This document shows, piece after piece, positions 10,642 to 20,296 of a stretch of DNA of 64,000 nucleotides. The position numbers and the translations under genes are program-made. The stretch lies in assembly GCA_022820925.1 (NCBI GenBank), contig JAJEEO010000012.1, positions 416,594 through 480,593 on the forward strand, in the 5' to 3' direction. Origin of the DNA: Acidimicrobiia bacterium. Its GTDB lineage: Bacteria; Actinomycetota; Acidimicrobiia; Acidimicrobiales; Poriferisodalaceae. The notes under the pieces are model-generated. The model had not been told where the DNA came from. It saw only the letters and a program-made list of their open reading frames with translations, and did not search any database. How positions within the stretch are numbered: the stretch's first letter is position 1; every line of letters begins with the position of its first letter.

Positions 10642-11292
10642 GTGGTCGCTTCGCAGGGCACGACAAGCGCCTTCACAACGACCGCCGCGGCAGCAACCTC
10701 CTCGTCGCACGCGGGCGCGCAGCGGCGGGGTGTGTTTCCCGGCTCGTTCAACCCTCCGACCACGGCCCATCTCGCCATCAGCGAAGCCGTGCTCGAACAG
10801 CACCGCCTCGATGTGCTCGTGTGGTCGGTGAGCCGGGTGGCACTCGCCAAGGAGGACGTGCAGCGCCCGCGCCTCGCCGACCGGATCGCCGTGCTCACCG
10901 AGGTCGCGGCGCCGATCGACTGGCTCGAGATTGACATCACCGACGCGCAGTTGCTGTCTGACATCGCTGCGAGATTCGACGTGATCGTGATGGGTGCCGA
11001 CAAGTGGCAGCAGATCCACGATCCAGTCTTCTACGGCAACGATCCAGCACGCCGGGACGCGTCGATCGCTGCACTCCCAACCGTCGCCATCGCAGCCCGC
11101 CCGCCGCACGATTGCCCGGCCGAACTGGTGCTCGACCTGCCCGATTGGGTGGGCACCGTGTCGAGCACGCAGGCCCGCACCACCGACCCGGCACTGATGA
11201 CGCCCGAGGCGGCTCGCTTCGACGCAGAGACCGGCGCGTGGACCGACCCGGCGCGCTATGAGACGTGGTTGGCGCGTCAGCGGGAAGACTGA
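10642..11292 (+). CDS. cytidylyltransferase-like nucleotidyltransferase (NadD/NMNAT-like)
   Basis: 216-aa ORF starting 9 nt after the selD stop, with a GAGG upstream. Contains GSFNPPTTAHL (the (H/T)xGH-type motif) and a C-terminal VSSTQAR (ISSTxxR-type motif). The substrate cannot be assigned. Confidence 0.7.
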   Translation: MVASQGTTSAFTTTAAAATSSSHAGAQRRGVFPGSFNPPTTAHLAISEAVLEQHRLDVLVWSVSRVALAKEDVQRPRLADRIAVLTEVAAPIDWLEIDITDAQLLSDIAARFDVIVMGADKWQQIHDPVFYGNDPARRDASIAALPTVAIAARPPHDCPAELVLDLPDWVGTVSSTQARTTDPALMTPEAARFDAETGAWTDPARYETWLARQRED

Positions 11293-11300
11293 AGGGCACT

Positions 11301-12278
11301 ATGGACGAGATTCTGGATGTCGACCTGCTGGCGTTCGAGCGTGGTTCGACGGCGCAGCGCAGGGCAGTCACCGACGGGGTGATGTCCAGCCTGCGGACGG
11401 GCTTCGTCTACACAGCGCATGATCTCCCGGGCGGCCTGCTCGACGATGCGTACGACGTTCTCAGCGAGTTCTTCGCACTCGAACTCGACGCCAAGCAGCG
11501 CTGCGTCGACACGGAGTCGTTCGGCGCCCGCGGATACACCGGCCGACTCACCGAGACTGCGGCAATCTCCGACGTTCCCGATTGGAAGGAGATGTTCAAC
11601 TGGAGCGACCAGCCGCCCGCCGGCCACCCGCTCACAGTGCACTACGGCCGCTGGTACCGGCCGTCGGTCTTCCCCGACGACGCCATCGACGGCGCCGGTG
11701 CGACGCTCACCGAGTTCCACCGGCGGCTCGTGGAGCTGCAGCGGCGCTTCCTGCGTGTCATCGCGGAGGGCATCGGTGCCCACGAGTCCTACTTCGACAG
11801 GATGACCACCTACGGCACGCACCTGTCCCGGGCCATTCACTACCCGCCGATGTCGGACGCCCCGGGCGGCGGCAGCGAGGGCCACGTCTGGGCAGACGAG
11901 CACGCCGACATCAACCTCATCACCGCGCTTCCCCGAGCGACCGACCGCGGGCTGCAAGTGCGCATCGAGGGCGAGTGGGTCGATGCTGCGCCGCCGGACG
12001 ATCACGTCATCGTGAATTCGGGAATCATGCTCGAGCACGTCACCAACGGCCTGATCGGGGCTGGCTGGCACCGCGTCAAGGCCGACCCAGACCAGCACAC
12101 CAGTCGGCTCAGCGTGGTGCAGTTCTGCCACCCCCGACCCTCCACCATTCTCACCCCGGCGCCGTCCACGGTGACGCCCGAGCGGCCGTGCCGCTACGAG
12201 GCGGTATCGGCCGAGGACCGGCTCGAAGAGGTGATCTGGGAGATCAACCTCATCCCCGACGCCCGCCGTATCGAATGA
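11301..12278 (+). CDS. 2-oxoglutarate/Fe(II)-dependent oxygenase (isopenicillin N synthase-like family)
   Basis: The ATG at 11301 is 9 nt after the previous stop. Contains the family-like blocks HYPPM, ADEHADINLITAL (HxD) and GWHRV. The upstream extension of track ORF 11265 overlaps the previous gene. Confidence 0.8.
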   Translation: MDEILDVDLLAFERGSTAQRRAVTDGVMSSLRTGFVYTAHDLPGGLLDDAYDVLSEFFALELDAKQRCVDTESFGARGYTGRLTETAAISDVPDWKEMFNWSDQPPAGHPLTVHYGRWYRPSVFPDDAIDGAGATLTEFHRRLVELQRRFLRVIAEGIGAHESYFDRMTTYGTHLSRAIHYPPMSDAPGGGSEGHVWADEHADINLITALPRATDRGLQVRIEGEWVDAAPPDDHVIVNSGIMLEHVTNGLIGAGWHRVKADPDQHTSRLSVVQFCHPRPSTILTPAPSTVTPERPCRYEAVSAEDRLEEVIWEINLIPDARRIE

Positions 12279-12296
12279 ACGCGGCTGGACCGCCCG

Positions 12297-13763
12297 CTAC
12301 AGCTCGAGCAGGGCGTTCTCGATGACCTCGGTCAGCGCGGGGTGGATATAGAACTGCTCGCGGGCCATCTGGTCGACGGTCTGGCCGAAGGCCATGCCCT
12401 GTATGAGCTGCTGGATCAGGGTGGACGCCTGGGGGCCGATGATGTGTGCACCAAGCAGCTCGCGGGTCTCGGCATGCGCGATGAGCTTGGCAAAGCTGGC
12501 GGTGTCCTCCATCGCCCAGCCGTAGGCCGTGTGGCCGAAGGGCTTGTTGGCCACCGAGATCGGCAGGCCCTGCGCCCGGGCATCCCGCTCGGTGAGGCCG
12601 ACCGATGCGACCTGCGGGTGCGAGAACACTGCATGCGGAACCAGGTCTTCCCGGACGGTGCGCATGGGGCCCTCGGCTTGGCCCTCGGCCACCAGCAGGT
12701 TGTGCCTCAGCGCCCGCACCTGCGCGTTGGCGAGATGCTTGAGCTGGGTCTCGCTCGACAGGTCGCCGAAGGCCCACACACCCAGCGCCGAGGTGCGGTA
12801 GTACTCATCGGTCAGCACGCGGCCGTCGTCGTCATCCACTCCTGCGAGGTCGAGAGCGAGCTGATCGCCGTTGGGCACCCGACCGGTGGCCACCAGCAGC
12901 ACATCGGCACTCACCGACTCGGCGCTGCCATCGCGGGTGAACTCGACCGTGTAGGAGTTGCCCTGGGCACTCGGCGAGCCGTCGGCTGCGTACACAAAAT
13001 CCGCGGCACCGCCGCGCACTGTGCTGCCGGTCGCGGCTCCGCCGCGCACTGAGCTCACCGTCGCGCCGAGGCGCAGGTCGAAGTGGCGCTGCGCCGCCCT
13101 CGTGAACGCCGCAGACACATCGTCGTCCTCGGCCCGCAGCAGCCGCTCGCCCCGGTTCACCACCGTGACGTCGGTGCCCAGCGCCGAGAACACGTAGCCC
13201 AGCTCGCAGGCGATGTACCCGCCGCCGAGCACGATCATCGAGGTCGGCAGCGAGTCCAGCCGCATCACCGTGTCGGAGGTGTGAAACGGCACTGTGCCCA
13301 GACCCCGGTACGGCGGCACGAACGCACGAGCGCCGGCGCCGAGCACCACATGGCGCCCCGACACCGATTCGGTGCTGCCGTCGCCCATGCGCACCGCCAG
13401 GCGCCGGTCGCTGACGAAGCTTGCATCGCCCTCGAACACGGTGATGTTGGGACATTCGGCGCCGAAGCGGTAGTCGCGCCCGCCATTGGCGATGGGATCG
13501 ATGCGGCCGAAGACGCGATCCCGGATGGCGGGCCAGTCGGCGCTGCCAAAGCTGGCGGCGATGCCGTAGTCGCCCGCCGTTGCGATCGTGTCGGCCACAT
13601 CGGCCGCGTACACGAACATCTTGGAGGGAATGCAGCCCACGTTCAAGCAGGTGCCGCCGAACGTGCCGCGCTCGACGATCGCAATCGACCAGTCGTCGAA
13701 CTCGGGGCCGGGAATGGAATTGGCCGAGCCGGTACCGACGATGACCAAGTCGAAATCTGCCAT
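12297..13763 (-). CDS. FAD/NAD(P)-dependent disulfide oxidoreductase, mycothione-reductase-like
   Basis: N-terminus MADFDLVIVGTGSANS, and GGTCLNVGCIPSKMFVYAA carries the redox-active CxxxxC. The ATG at 13763 is preferred over the TTG at 13775. Confidence 0.85.
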   Translation of the reverse strand: MADFDLVIVGTGSANSIPGPEFDDWSIAIVERGTFGGTCLNVGCIPSKMFVYAADVADTIATAGDYGIAASFGSADWPAIRDRVFGRIDPIANGGRDYRFGAECPNITVFEGDASFVSDRRLAVRMGDGSTESVSGRHVVLGAGARAFVPPYRGLGTVPFHTSDTVMRLDSLPTSMIVLGGGYIACELGYVFSALGTDVTVVNRGERLLRAEDDDVSAAFTRAAQRHFDLRLGATVSSVRGGAATGSTVRGGAADFVYAADGSPSAQGNSYTVEFTRDGSAESVSADVLLVATGRVPNGDQLALDLAGVDDDDGRVLTDEYYRTSALGVWAFGDLSSETQLKHLANAQVRALRHNLLVAEGQAEGPMRTVREDLVPHAVFSHPQVASVGLTERDARAQGLPISVANKPFGHTAYGWAMEDTASFAKLIAHAETRELLGAHIIGPQASTLIQQLIQGMAFGQTVDQMAREQFYIHPALTEVIENALLEL

Positions 13764-13807
13764 GTGCGCAGTCAATCAGCGCTGCTCCCGAAGAGCAGCC
13801 GCCGCCA

Positions 13808-15100
13808 TCACACCAGCGCCTGGTACACGAGCGCTTTCAGCTCCGGGCGGATCGGATGCGTGCTCGACGGCAGGAGCTGGGTGAGGAACACCACGGTGAT
13901 GTCCTCCACCGGATCCACCCAGAACGCCGTTGACGCAGCCCCTCCCCAGGCGAACTCGCCCTTGCTGGAGACGACCTGTGCCTTGGCCGGATCGAGCACG
14001 ACCGAGAAGCCCAGGCCGAAGCCGACCCCGTCGAAGGCGGCCTCGGAGAACAGCGCCCGGCCGCACTCGGTGAGGTCGGTTCCGCCCGGCAGGTGGTTGC
14101 TGGCCATGAACTCGAGGGTGCGGCGGCCGATGGTGCGGACTCCGTCGAGTTGGCCGCCGTTGCGCAGCATCTGGGTGAACCGGTGGTAGTCGCCCATCGT
14201 CGACACCAGTCCCCCGCCGCCGGAGAGGATCTTCGGCGGGCCCAGGTACGCGGAGTTGGCGGGGTCGTCCATCAGCGTCCGCTGCAGACCGGGATCGTCG
14301 GGCCGGTACGGAGGCGGTGCAGCTCCGGTGTTGCCGGCGAAACTGCGTGACGCTGCCGCTGCCGTCGTGTAGTTGGCCGCGAAGCGCTCGGCGTCGGCTG
14401 CGGGCACCTCGAAGCCCGTGTCGGTCATGCCGAGCGGCCCGGTCACGTGGTCGATGAGGTACTCGTCGAGCGGCTGGCCCGAGACGAGCTCGACCACACG
14501 GCCCAGCACATCGGTGGAGTAGCTGTAGTTCCACTCGGTGCCCGGGTCGAACAGCAGCGGCAGCGAAGCGAGCGCCTCGCAGGTCTCCTCGAGATTGCCG
14601 GGCGCACCCCAGTTGAAGCCGTTGGCCCGGTAGAGCGCATCGACCTCGTTCGCGAAGTGGAAGTCGTAGGTCAGGCCCGAGGTGTGGGTCAGCAGGCTGT
14701 GGACGGTGACCTCGCTGGCGGGCTCGCGGGTCTGGTACTGCATCACGTTGCCGCCCGCGAAGACGCGGGCGTTTGCGAACTCCGGGATCCAGCGTGAGAC
14801 CGGATCCTTGAGCTGGAAGCAGCCCTGCTCGTACAACTGCATGGCGGCGACTGACACGATGGGCTTGGTCATCGAGTAGATGCGAAAGATGGTGTCGGAG
14901 GTGACCGGCAGCGATCGCTCGCAATCACGCTCGCCGTAGCGGTGGGCATACGAGATGCGACCGCCGCGGCTCACCAGCACCGACACCCCAGGCAGTCGCC
15001 CATCGTCGACGTAGCGGTCGAAGTGCGCTGCGATGCGCTCTAGCCGCTGGGCATCGAAGCCCACTTCCGCCGGTTCGACGTCTGGCTCGATCGATCCCAT
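13808..15100 (-). CDS. serine hydrolase, beta-lactamase/esterase family
   Basis: Contains FRIYSMTKPIVSVAAMQL with the SxxK motif. The ATG at 15100 is preceded by GGAGG (reverse complement of 15105-15109). The track start at 15112 is a TTG. Confidence 0.85.
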   Translation of the reverse strand: MGSIEPDVEPAEVGFDAQRLERIAAHFDRYVDDGRLPGVSVLVSRGGRISYAHRYGERDCERSLPVTSDTIFRIYSMTKPIVSVAAMQLYEQGCFQLKDPVSRWIPEFANARVFAGGNVMQYQTREPASEVTVHSLLTHTSGLTYDFHFANEVDALYRANGFNWGAPGNLEETCEALASLPLLFDPGTEWNYSYSTDVLGRVVELVSGQPLDEYLIDHVTGPLGMTDTGFEVPAADAERFAANYTTAAAASRSFAGNTGAAPPPYRPDDPGLQRTLMDDPANSAYLGPPKILSGGGGLVSTMGDYHRFTQMLRNGGQLDGVRTIGRRTLEFMASNHLPGGTDLTECGRALFSEAAFDGVGFGLGFSVVLDPAKAQVVSSKGEFAWGGAASTAFWVDPVEDITVVFLTQLLPSSTHPIRPELKALVYQALV

Positions 15101-15306
15101 CACGGCCTCCAATTCGGCGCGCTATGCGCCGTCGCAGGCTAGGCCGCACACACCTTCCAGATGCGTCGGCGCACCATGTCCGGCCGACCCGCAGGCGAAC
15201 ACAAGCCCGCTGTGACATGCAGGACCGCAGCGGCACACGAGTTCACGGACAGAAACGGTTTCCTAAACTACACAGAAACTATGGAAATAGATCGAGAATA
15301 AAGCTC

Positions 15307-15337
15307 TTGACAGCAGGCAAGCAACCGCAACTAGAGT
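15307..15337 (+). promoter_or_regulatory. candidate sigma-70-type promoter in an AT-richer divergent intergenic region
   Basis: TTGACA at 15307-15312 and TAGAGT at 15332-15337. The spacer is 19 nt, at the long end of the usual range. The surrounding 15240-15320 is noticeably AT-richer than the rest of the window. Confidence 0.25.
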
Positions 15338-15414
15338 GCCGCAGACCCGTCGGACGCCCGGCAATGCCACCAGGGCTTCCGGCATCAAGCGATGCAGCGA
15401 GAGGTGAAGCGCCT

Positions 15415-15801
15415 GTGAAGACCACACATGAATTCTGTTTGTTTGTCGACGGCGCCGAACTCACTGTGGCCTCCGTGGTGAAGCAACTCGAACGTGCGGG
15501 GTATTCGCACCCGGCTGCCGCGGCCAGCGCCGGCATCCAGGCTCTCGTGTTCGTCCGGGCAGCGGACCGGCTCGCCGATGCAGTCGAGGCGGTGGCGTCA
15601 GATACCGAACAGATCGAGGGTGTCAGCATCGCTCGTGAATTCCGCACCGGCACGGCGGCTGCCTTCGACCCCCAGACGCTGACTTCCATGAATCCGTGCG
15701 CCGAGGCCGCAGGAGCGGAGACAGCCGGCACGGCACCGGCACGGCCCGCGCCGCCAGTCAGACGTTCACGGCGTCGCAGCTCGGCGATCTCGCTCACCTA
15801 G
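15415..15801 (+). CDS. hypothetical protein
   Basis: The GTG at 15415 is preceded by GAGAGG. It reads VKTTHEFCLFVDGAELTVASVVKQLERAGYSHP.... An alternative in-frame ATG lies at 15364. No motif recognised, and the C-terminal third is Ala/Arg/Pro-rich. Confidence 0.35.
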   Translation: MKTTHEFCLFVDGAELTVASVVKQLERAGYSHPAAAASAGIQALVFVRAADRLADAVEAVASDTEQIEGVSIAREFRTGTAAAFDPQTLTSMNPCAEAAGAETAGTAPARPAPPVRRSRRRSSAISLT

Positions 15802-15883
15802 CAGGCTGGCGGACCCGGGGCAACAACGTGCCGTGTGAGGTCGCACCTAGAGTTCTGCGGTGTGGATGTCGGCGGCAGGCGAG

Positions 15884-16564
15884 ATGGCTGAACAGGAACT
15901 GCTCTCGCGCTTGGTGATCGTCCGCCATGGCGAGTCGGTGGCGATGGCCGAAGGCATCGTCGGCGGGCCCAACGGATGCCGCGGCCTCACCGAGCGAGGC
16001 CGCGCACAGGCCGCTGCGTTGCGGGACAGGTTCGCTGCGGGTCGTGAGCCAGCCGTGGACGTCGTGTACTCCTCCCCGCTGCCGAGGGCACGCGAGACCA
16101 CCGAGATCGTCCTGCCGGCTCTGGGCAGCGGCCCCCTGCGCGGCAAACTCGACGTGCACATCCACGACGACCTCGAGGAAATGCGTCTCACACCCGCCGA
16201 TGGCATGACCTGGGAGGCAGCACGCGAGCACTTCGGGTTCGTCCAGCCGATGAACGAGCCGTACTCCGAGGTGATCCCGGGCGGCGAGAGCCGCGCGGGA
16301 TTCCGCTACCGCGTCGCGCAAGCCCTGAACGACATCGCCGCAGCGCATCCGGCCAAGACAGTGTTCTTGGGATGCCACGGCGGCATCACTTCCGCCGCCA
16401 TGGCGATGGCCTTCGGCATCGCGCCCAGCCATCGGGGTGTCGGCGTGGTCACGGCCGTGACATCCATCACCGAACTGGAGTTGCTGGCCTTCGAGGGACG
16501 ACGCCTGTGGCAGGTTCGGCGATTCAACGACGCCGCGCATCTCGCTGCGGTCGAAGCGGCTTGA
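15884..16564 (+). CDS. histidine phosphatase family protein (phosphoglycerate mutase-like)
   Basis: LVIVRHGES carries the RHG motif, followed by GLTERGRAQA, SSPLPRARETTEI and GCHGG. The ATG at 15884 is preferred over the track start at 15860. Confidence 0.8.
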   Translation: MAEQELLSRLVIVRHGESVAMAEGIVGGPNGCRGLTERGRAQAAALRDRFAAGREPAVDVVYSSPLPRARETTEIVLPALGSGPLRGKLDVHIHDDLEEMRLTPADGMTWEAAREHFGFVQPMNEPYSEVIPGGESRAGFRYRVAQALNDIAAAHPAKTVFLGCHGGITSAAMAMAFGIAPSHRGVGVVTAVTSITELELLAFEGRRLWQVRRFNDAAHLAAVEAA

Positions 16565-16683
16565 ACTGCTGCGCGCGGCGGGGCAGCCTCCCCAAGCGCT
16601 GCAACGCTCTAACTTGGCACTGCCTGTGTTGTTCGACGCGGGGTCGTCGGGCACTAGGTCCGTGAACTCGTGGGGAGGACCAA

Positions 16684-17730
16684 ATGCTGGTTGAGCGAAT
16701 CGAAGCGAAGTGGATCGACGCCTTCTCGTCGGTCTTCGAGCTGTGCGGCGTCGATGACAGCCAGACTGCCGCCATCCTGTCGGAGAGCCAGAGCCGGGCC
16801 GTCAACGTGAACCTGGCGGAGCTGGCGCTGGATCGACTCGGCACGCCGCCGATCCACGTCGTCGTGCCGACGCCGCGCCAGTCCGCACCTGTGCCGGTGC
16901 GCTCCACCGGCGCGTCGGATGCCATCGCCGGCTCGACCGCCGTGATGGCAGCCCTGAGTGCGGTGGACTTCGTGGTCGACTGCACGGTGGAGGGGCTGCT
17001 GCACGCGCCTGAGCTGCCGTCCATCCTGGGCGAAGGCTCCCGGATCCTCATGGTCTCCAACGAGCATCCCGAGGCACTGGAGCGGCTCCTGCCCGAGCCC
17101 GATCTCGAGCCGAAGGTCAAGGTCGGCATCCGCAAGCTCATCGGGGCCTCGGAGATGGCGGTGACTTCGGCGGCAGGCACCGACCTGGTCGTCGACGTCA
17201 GCGGGGCGCCGTGCGGCGGCGGCTGGGGCTACACGTCGCGGCCGGGCACCATCAGCCATTGGCCCGGCGGGCTGTGCCTCGCCTTCCCGAAGGCCGGGAC
17301 GGTCAACGGCACCATCGTGATGGACCGCGGCGACATGAACCTCACGTTCAAGCGGTATATCGAGTCGCCCGTCACGCTGCGCATCGAGGACGACTACGTC
17401 GTTGACGTCGAGGGCACCGGCACCGACGCCGCACTGTTCCGCAGCTACACCGATGCTTGGGGCGACCGTGAGGCCTACGCCACCAGCCACGTGGGATGGG
17501 GCATGAACCCCGGCGCTCGCTGGGACACCCTGTCGATGTACGACCGCAGCCAGACCAACGGAACCGAGCAGCGGGCCTTCGCGGGCAACTTCCTGTACTC
17601 CACTGGGGCGAACGAGCACGCCGGCCGGCACACGCTGGGCCACTTCGACCTGCCCATGCGCAACCACAGCGTGTTTCTCGACGGCGAAGCGGTCGTGATC
17701 GAGGGCCAGCTGCAAGGAGAACTGGCCTGA
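16684..17730 (+). CDS. M29 aminopeptidase-like / 2,5-dihydroxypyridine dioxygenase (NicX)-like protein
   Basis: 348-aa ORF with GGGGAGGA upstream. The length and blocks such as SHVGWGMNPGA and HAGRHTLGHFDLPMRN resemble the NicX/aminopeptidase-T fold as I remember it. The family assignment is unverified. Confidence 0.55.
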   Translation: MLVERIEAKWIDAFSSVFELCGVDDSQTAAILSESQSRAVNVNLAELALDRLGTPPIHVVVPTPRQSAPVPVRSTGASDAIAGSTAVMAALSAVDFVVDCTVEGLLHAPELPSILGEGSRILMVSNEHPEALERLLPEPDLEPKVKVGIRKLIGASEMAVTSAAGTDLVVDVSGAPCGGGWGYTSRPGTISHWPGGLCLAFPKAGTVNGTIVMDRGDMNLTFKRYIESPVTLRIEDDYVVDVEGTGTDAALFRSYTDAWGDREAYATSHVGWGMNPGARWDTLSMYDRSQTNGTEQRAFAGNFLYSTGANEHAGRHTLGHFDLPMRNHSVFLDGEAVVIEGQLQGELA

Positions 17731-17788
17731 GAGCACCCGTCGGCTGTGAGATCCCCGATCGTCACCCGACAGACTGCTGGACCGAATC

Positions 17789-19348
17789 GTGAGCGAACCC
17801 GGGCCGCTGTCAACCGGCGCCGATCTTGCCGCGCGTGTCGAGCGCTGGGCCGACCATCGCCCCGACGCGACCGCGGTGGCGTTCGAAGGCGTCGAGCACA
17901 CATACCGCGAATTCGCCGACCAGATCGGGGCGGCGGCTGCATGGCTCGCTGCGGCTGGGGTGGGCGAAGGCGACCGTGTGGCGTGGCTGGGCCCGAACCG
18001 CCCGGCCGCTCTGCGGCTGATGCTCGGGTGCTCGTGGCTCGGCGCCATCTACCTGCCGCTGAACTCACGGCTGGCACCGCCCGAGCACCGGTGGATCCTC
18101 GACCATGCCGGGCCCAGCCTGCTGGCGACCGATTCGGGATTCGAGCAGCATGCCGAGGCGATCGGAGCGGGCTGCGAGATCGCAGTGGTACCCGACGAGC
18201 CCGCCGGGTTCGACGTGTCCGGCACAGTCCCGCCGCGCCGGGGCACGCCGGCTCACCCGGTGCTGCTCGCCTACACCTCGGGCACGACCGGTCATCCCAA
18301 GGGCGCGCTGCTGGACCAGGCGGCTATGTCGGCGAACGCCGTCAACTCGACCCACGCCCACGACCTCACCAGTCACGACCGGGTGCTCACCACCATCCCG
18401 CTGTTCCACGTGGGCGGGCTCAACATCCAGACGCTCCCGGCGGTGCTGGGAGGGGCGGCGGTGCTCATCGAGCGCGCGTTCGACGCCGGGCAGTTCCTCG
18501 ACGACGTCGAGCAGTGGCAGCCGACCTGGACGGTGCTGGTGCCCGCCGCACTGACCGCTGTTGCCGCCCACCCGCGCTTCGCCACCGCCGATCTCAGCTC
18601 GCTGCGCGGCATCATGACCGGATCGTCGCCCGTGCCCGCGGCTGCCACCCAGCCCTTCTTCGAGCGGGGCGTACCGGTCGGGCAGATCTACGGCTCCACC
18701 GAGACTGCCCCGATCGCGGCTCACCTGCGCTGTGACGAAGCTGCCGACCATCCCGGCTCGTGCGGCAAACCGTCGTCGATGTGCGAAGTGCGGATCGTCG
18801 TCGATGGCGACCGGGATGCCGCCGCGGGCGAGCGCGGCGAACTCTGGGTGCGCGGGCCGAGTGTGCTGCGGGAGTACTGGAATGACCCCGGCGCCACAGC
18901 CGATGCCATCACCGATGGCTGGTTCCACACCGGCGACATCGGGCACACCGATGCCGACGGCTGGATCTTCATCGACGATCGTCGCACGGACATGATCATC
19001 TCCGGGGGCGAGAACATCTATCCCGCCGAACTCGAGGAGGTGCTCTCGGGTACTGATCTCGTCGCAGAATCCACGGTGGTCGGCGTGCCCGACGAGCGAT
19101 GGGGCGAGGTGCCGGTCATCGTGGCCGTTCGGGCGACCGGGCCGGCGGCCGCTTCTGGCGCCGCCGGCGACGCCGAGATCGAGGCCGCCGAGGTCCTGGC
19201 GCTGTTCGATGGGCGCCTGGCTCGCTTCAAGCACCCCAAGGCAGTGTTATGGACCGATCAGCTTCCCCGGACGGCACTCGGCAAGGTCCGCAAACACGAG
19301 GTGCGAGCAATGCTCAACGAGAACCAAGGAATCGGCCGTGGCGTCTGA
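17789..19348 (+). CDS. AMP-dependent acyl-CoA synthetase/ligase
   Basis: Contains the adenylate-forming enzyme signatures LAYTSGTTGHPKGALL, YGSTETAP and GWFHTGDIG...DDRRTDMIISGGENIYPAELE. Confidence 0.9.
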   Translation: MSEPGPLSTGADLAARVERWADHRPDATAVAFEGVEHTYREFADQIGAAAAWLAAAGVGEGDRVAWLGPNRPAALRLMLGCSWLGAIYLPLNSRLAPPEHRWILDHAGPSLLATDSGFEQHAEAIGAGCEIAVVPDEPAGFDVSGTVPPRRGTPAHPVLLAYTSGTTGHPKGALLDQAAMSANAVNSTHAHDLTSHDRVLTTIPLFHVGGLNIQTLPAVLGGAAVLIERAFDAGQFLDDVEQWQPTWTVLVPAALTAVAAHPRFATADLSSLRGIMTGSSPVPAAATQPFFERGVPVGQIYGSTETAPIAAHLRCDEAADHPGSCGKPSSMCEVRIVVDGDRDAAAGERGELWVRGPSVLREYWNDPGATADAITDGWFHTGDIGHTDADGWIFIDDRRTDMIISGGENIYPAELEEVLSGTDLVAESTVVGVPDERWGEVPVIVAVRATGPAAASGAAGDAEIEAAEVLALFDGRLARFKHPKAVLWTDQLPRTALGKVRKHEVRAMLNENQGIGRGV

Positions 19349-20222
19349 CGTCGCCTTTATCGGGCTCGGTGTCATGGGTTTCCCGATGGCGGGCCATCTC
19401 GCGGCGGCGGGTCATCGCGTCGCAGTCTTCAATCGAACCGCGAGCGTCGCGCAGCGTTGGTCAGGCGAGCACCAGGGCCGGTTGGCCGCAACGCCTGCGG
19501 ATGCCGCGGACGGCGCCGCCATCGTGTTCACGTGCGTCGGCGCCGATGACGACGTGCGAGCGGTCGTCTACGGCGACGGCGGTGCGCTCGCCACCATGGG
19601 CGAGGGCTCAATCCTGGTCGACCACACCACAGCCTCGGCCGACCTGGCGCGGGAGCTGTCCGCAGCGTGTTCCGAGCGCGGCGTGGGATTCGTCGACGCA
19701 CCCGTCTCCGGCGGCGAGGCCGGGGCCCAGAACGGTGTGCTGACCGTCATGTGCGGGGGCGAGGCCGCCCACTTCGAGCGAGCCCGGCCTGTCATGGATG
19801 CTTACGCGCGGGCCATCACGCTCATCGGCGGGGCCGGATCTGGTCAGCTCACCAAGATGGTGAACCAGATCTGCATCGCCGGGCTGGTGCAGGCGCTGTC
19901 GGAAGGCCTCGAGTTCGGCCGCCGTGCCGATCTGGATCTCGACGCCGTGCTCGACACGATCTCTCAGGGTGCCGCCGGCTCGTGGCAGATGGCCAACCGC
20001 GGCACCACGATGAAGGCCGGCGAGTTCGACTTCGGCTTCGCCGTGGACTGGATGCGCAAGGATCTCGGCATCGTGCTGTCCGAGGCCGAGCGCAACGGCG
20101 CTCCCCTGCCGGTCACCGCGCTCGTGGACCAGTTCTACAAGCGCATCCAGGAGCTCGGCGGCGGGCGCTGGGACACCTCCAGCCTCATCACGCTGCTGCT
20201 GCCGCCGGAGCATCGCCCCTAG
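19338..20222 (+). CDS. NAD(P)-dependent 3-hydroxyisobutyrate dehydrogenase-like oxidoreductase
   Basis: The GTG at 19338 gives VASDVAFIGLGVMGFPMAGHLAAAGHRVAVFNRT (Rossmann GxGxxG). It overlaps the ligase gene by 11 nt. Confidence 0.85.
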   Translation: MASDVAFIGLGVMGFPMAGHLAAAGHRVAVFNRTASVAQRWSGEHQGRLAATPADAADGAAIVFTCVGADDDVRAVVYGDGGALATMGEGSILVDHTTASADLARELSAACSERGVGFVDAPVSGGEAGAQNGVLTVMCGGEAAHFERARPVMDAYARAITLIGGAGSGQLTKMVNQICIAGLVQALSEGLEFGRRADLDLDAVLDTISQGAAGSWQMANRGTTMKAGEFDFGFAVDWMRKDLGIVLSEAERNGAPLPVTALVDQFYKRIQELGGGRWDTSSLITLLLPPEHRP

Positions 20223-20296
20223 CGCTCCGCCAGGCGCGACAGGTCATCGCTCGCTGAGCCCCGCGACCGGCAGCACCGGCCCGCGGGGACGCCCAG

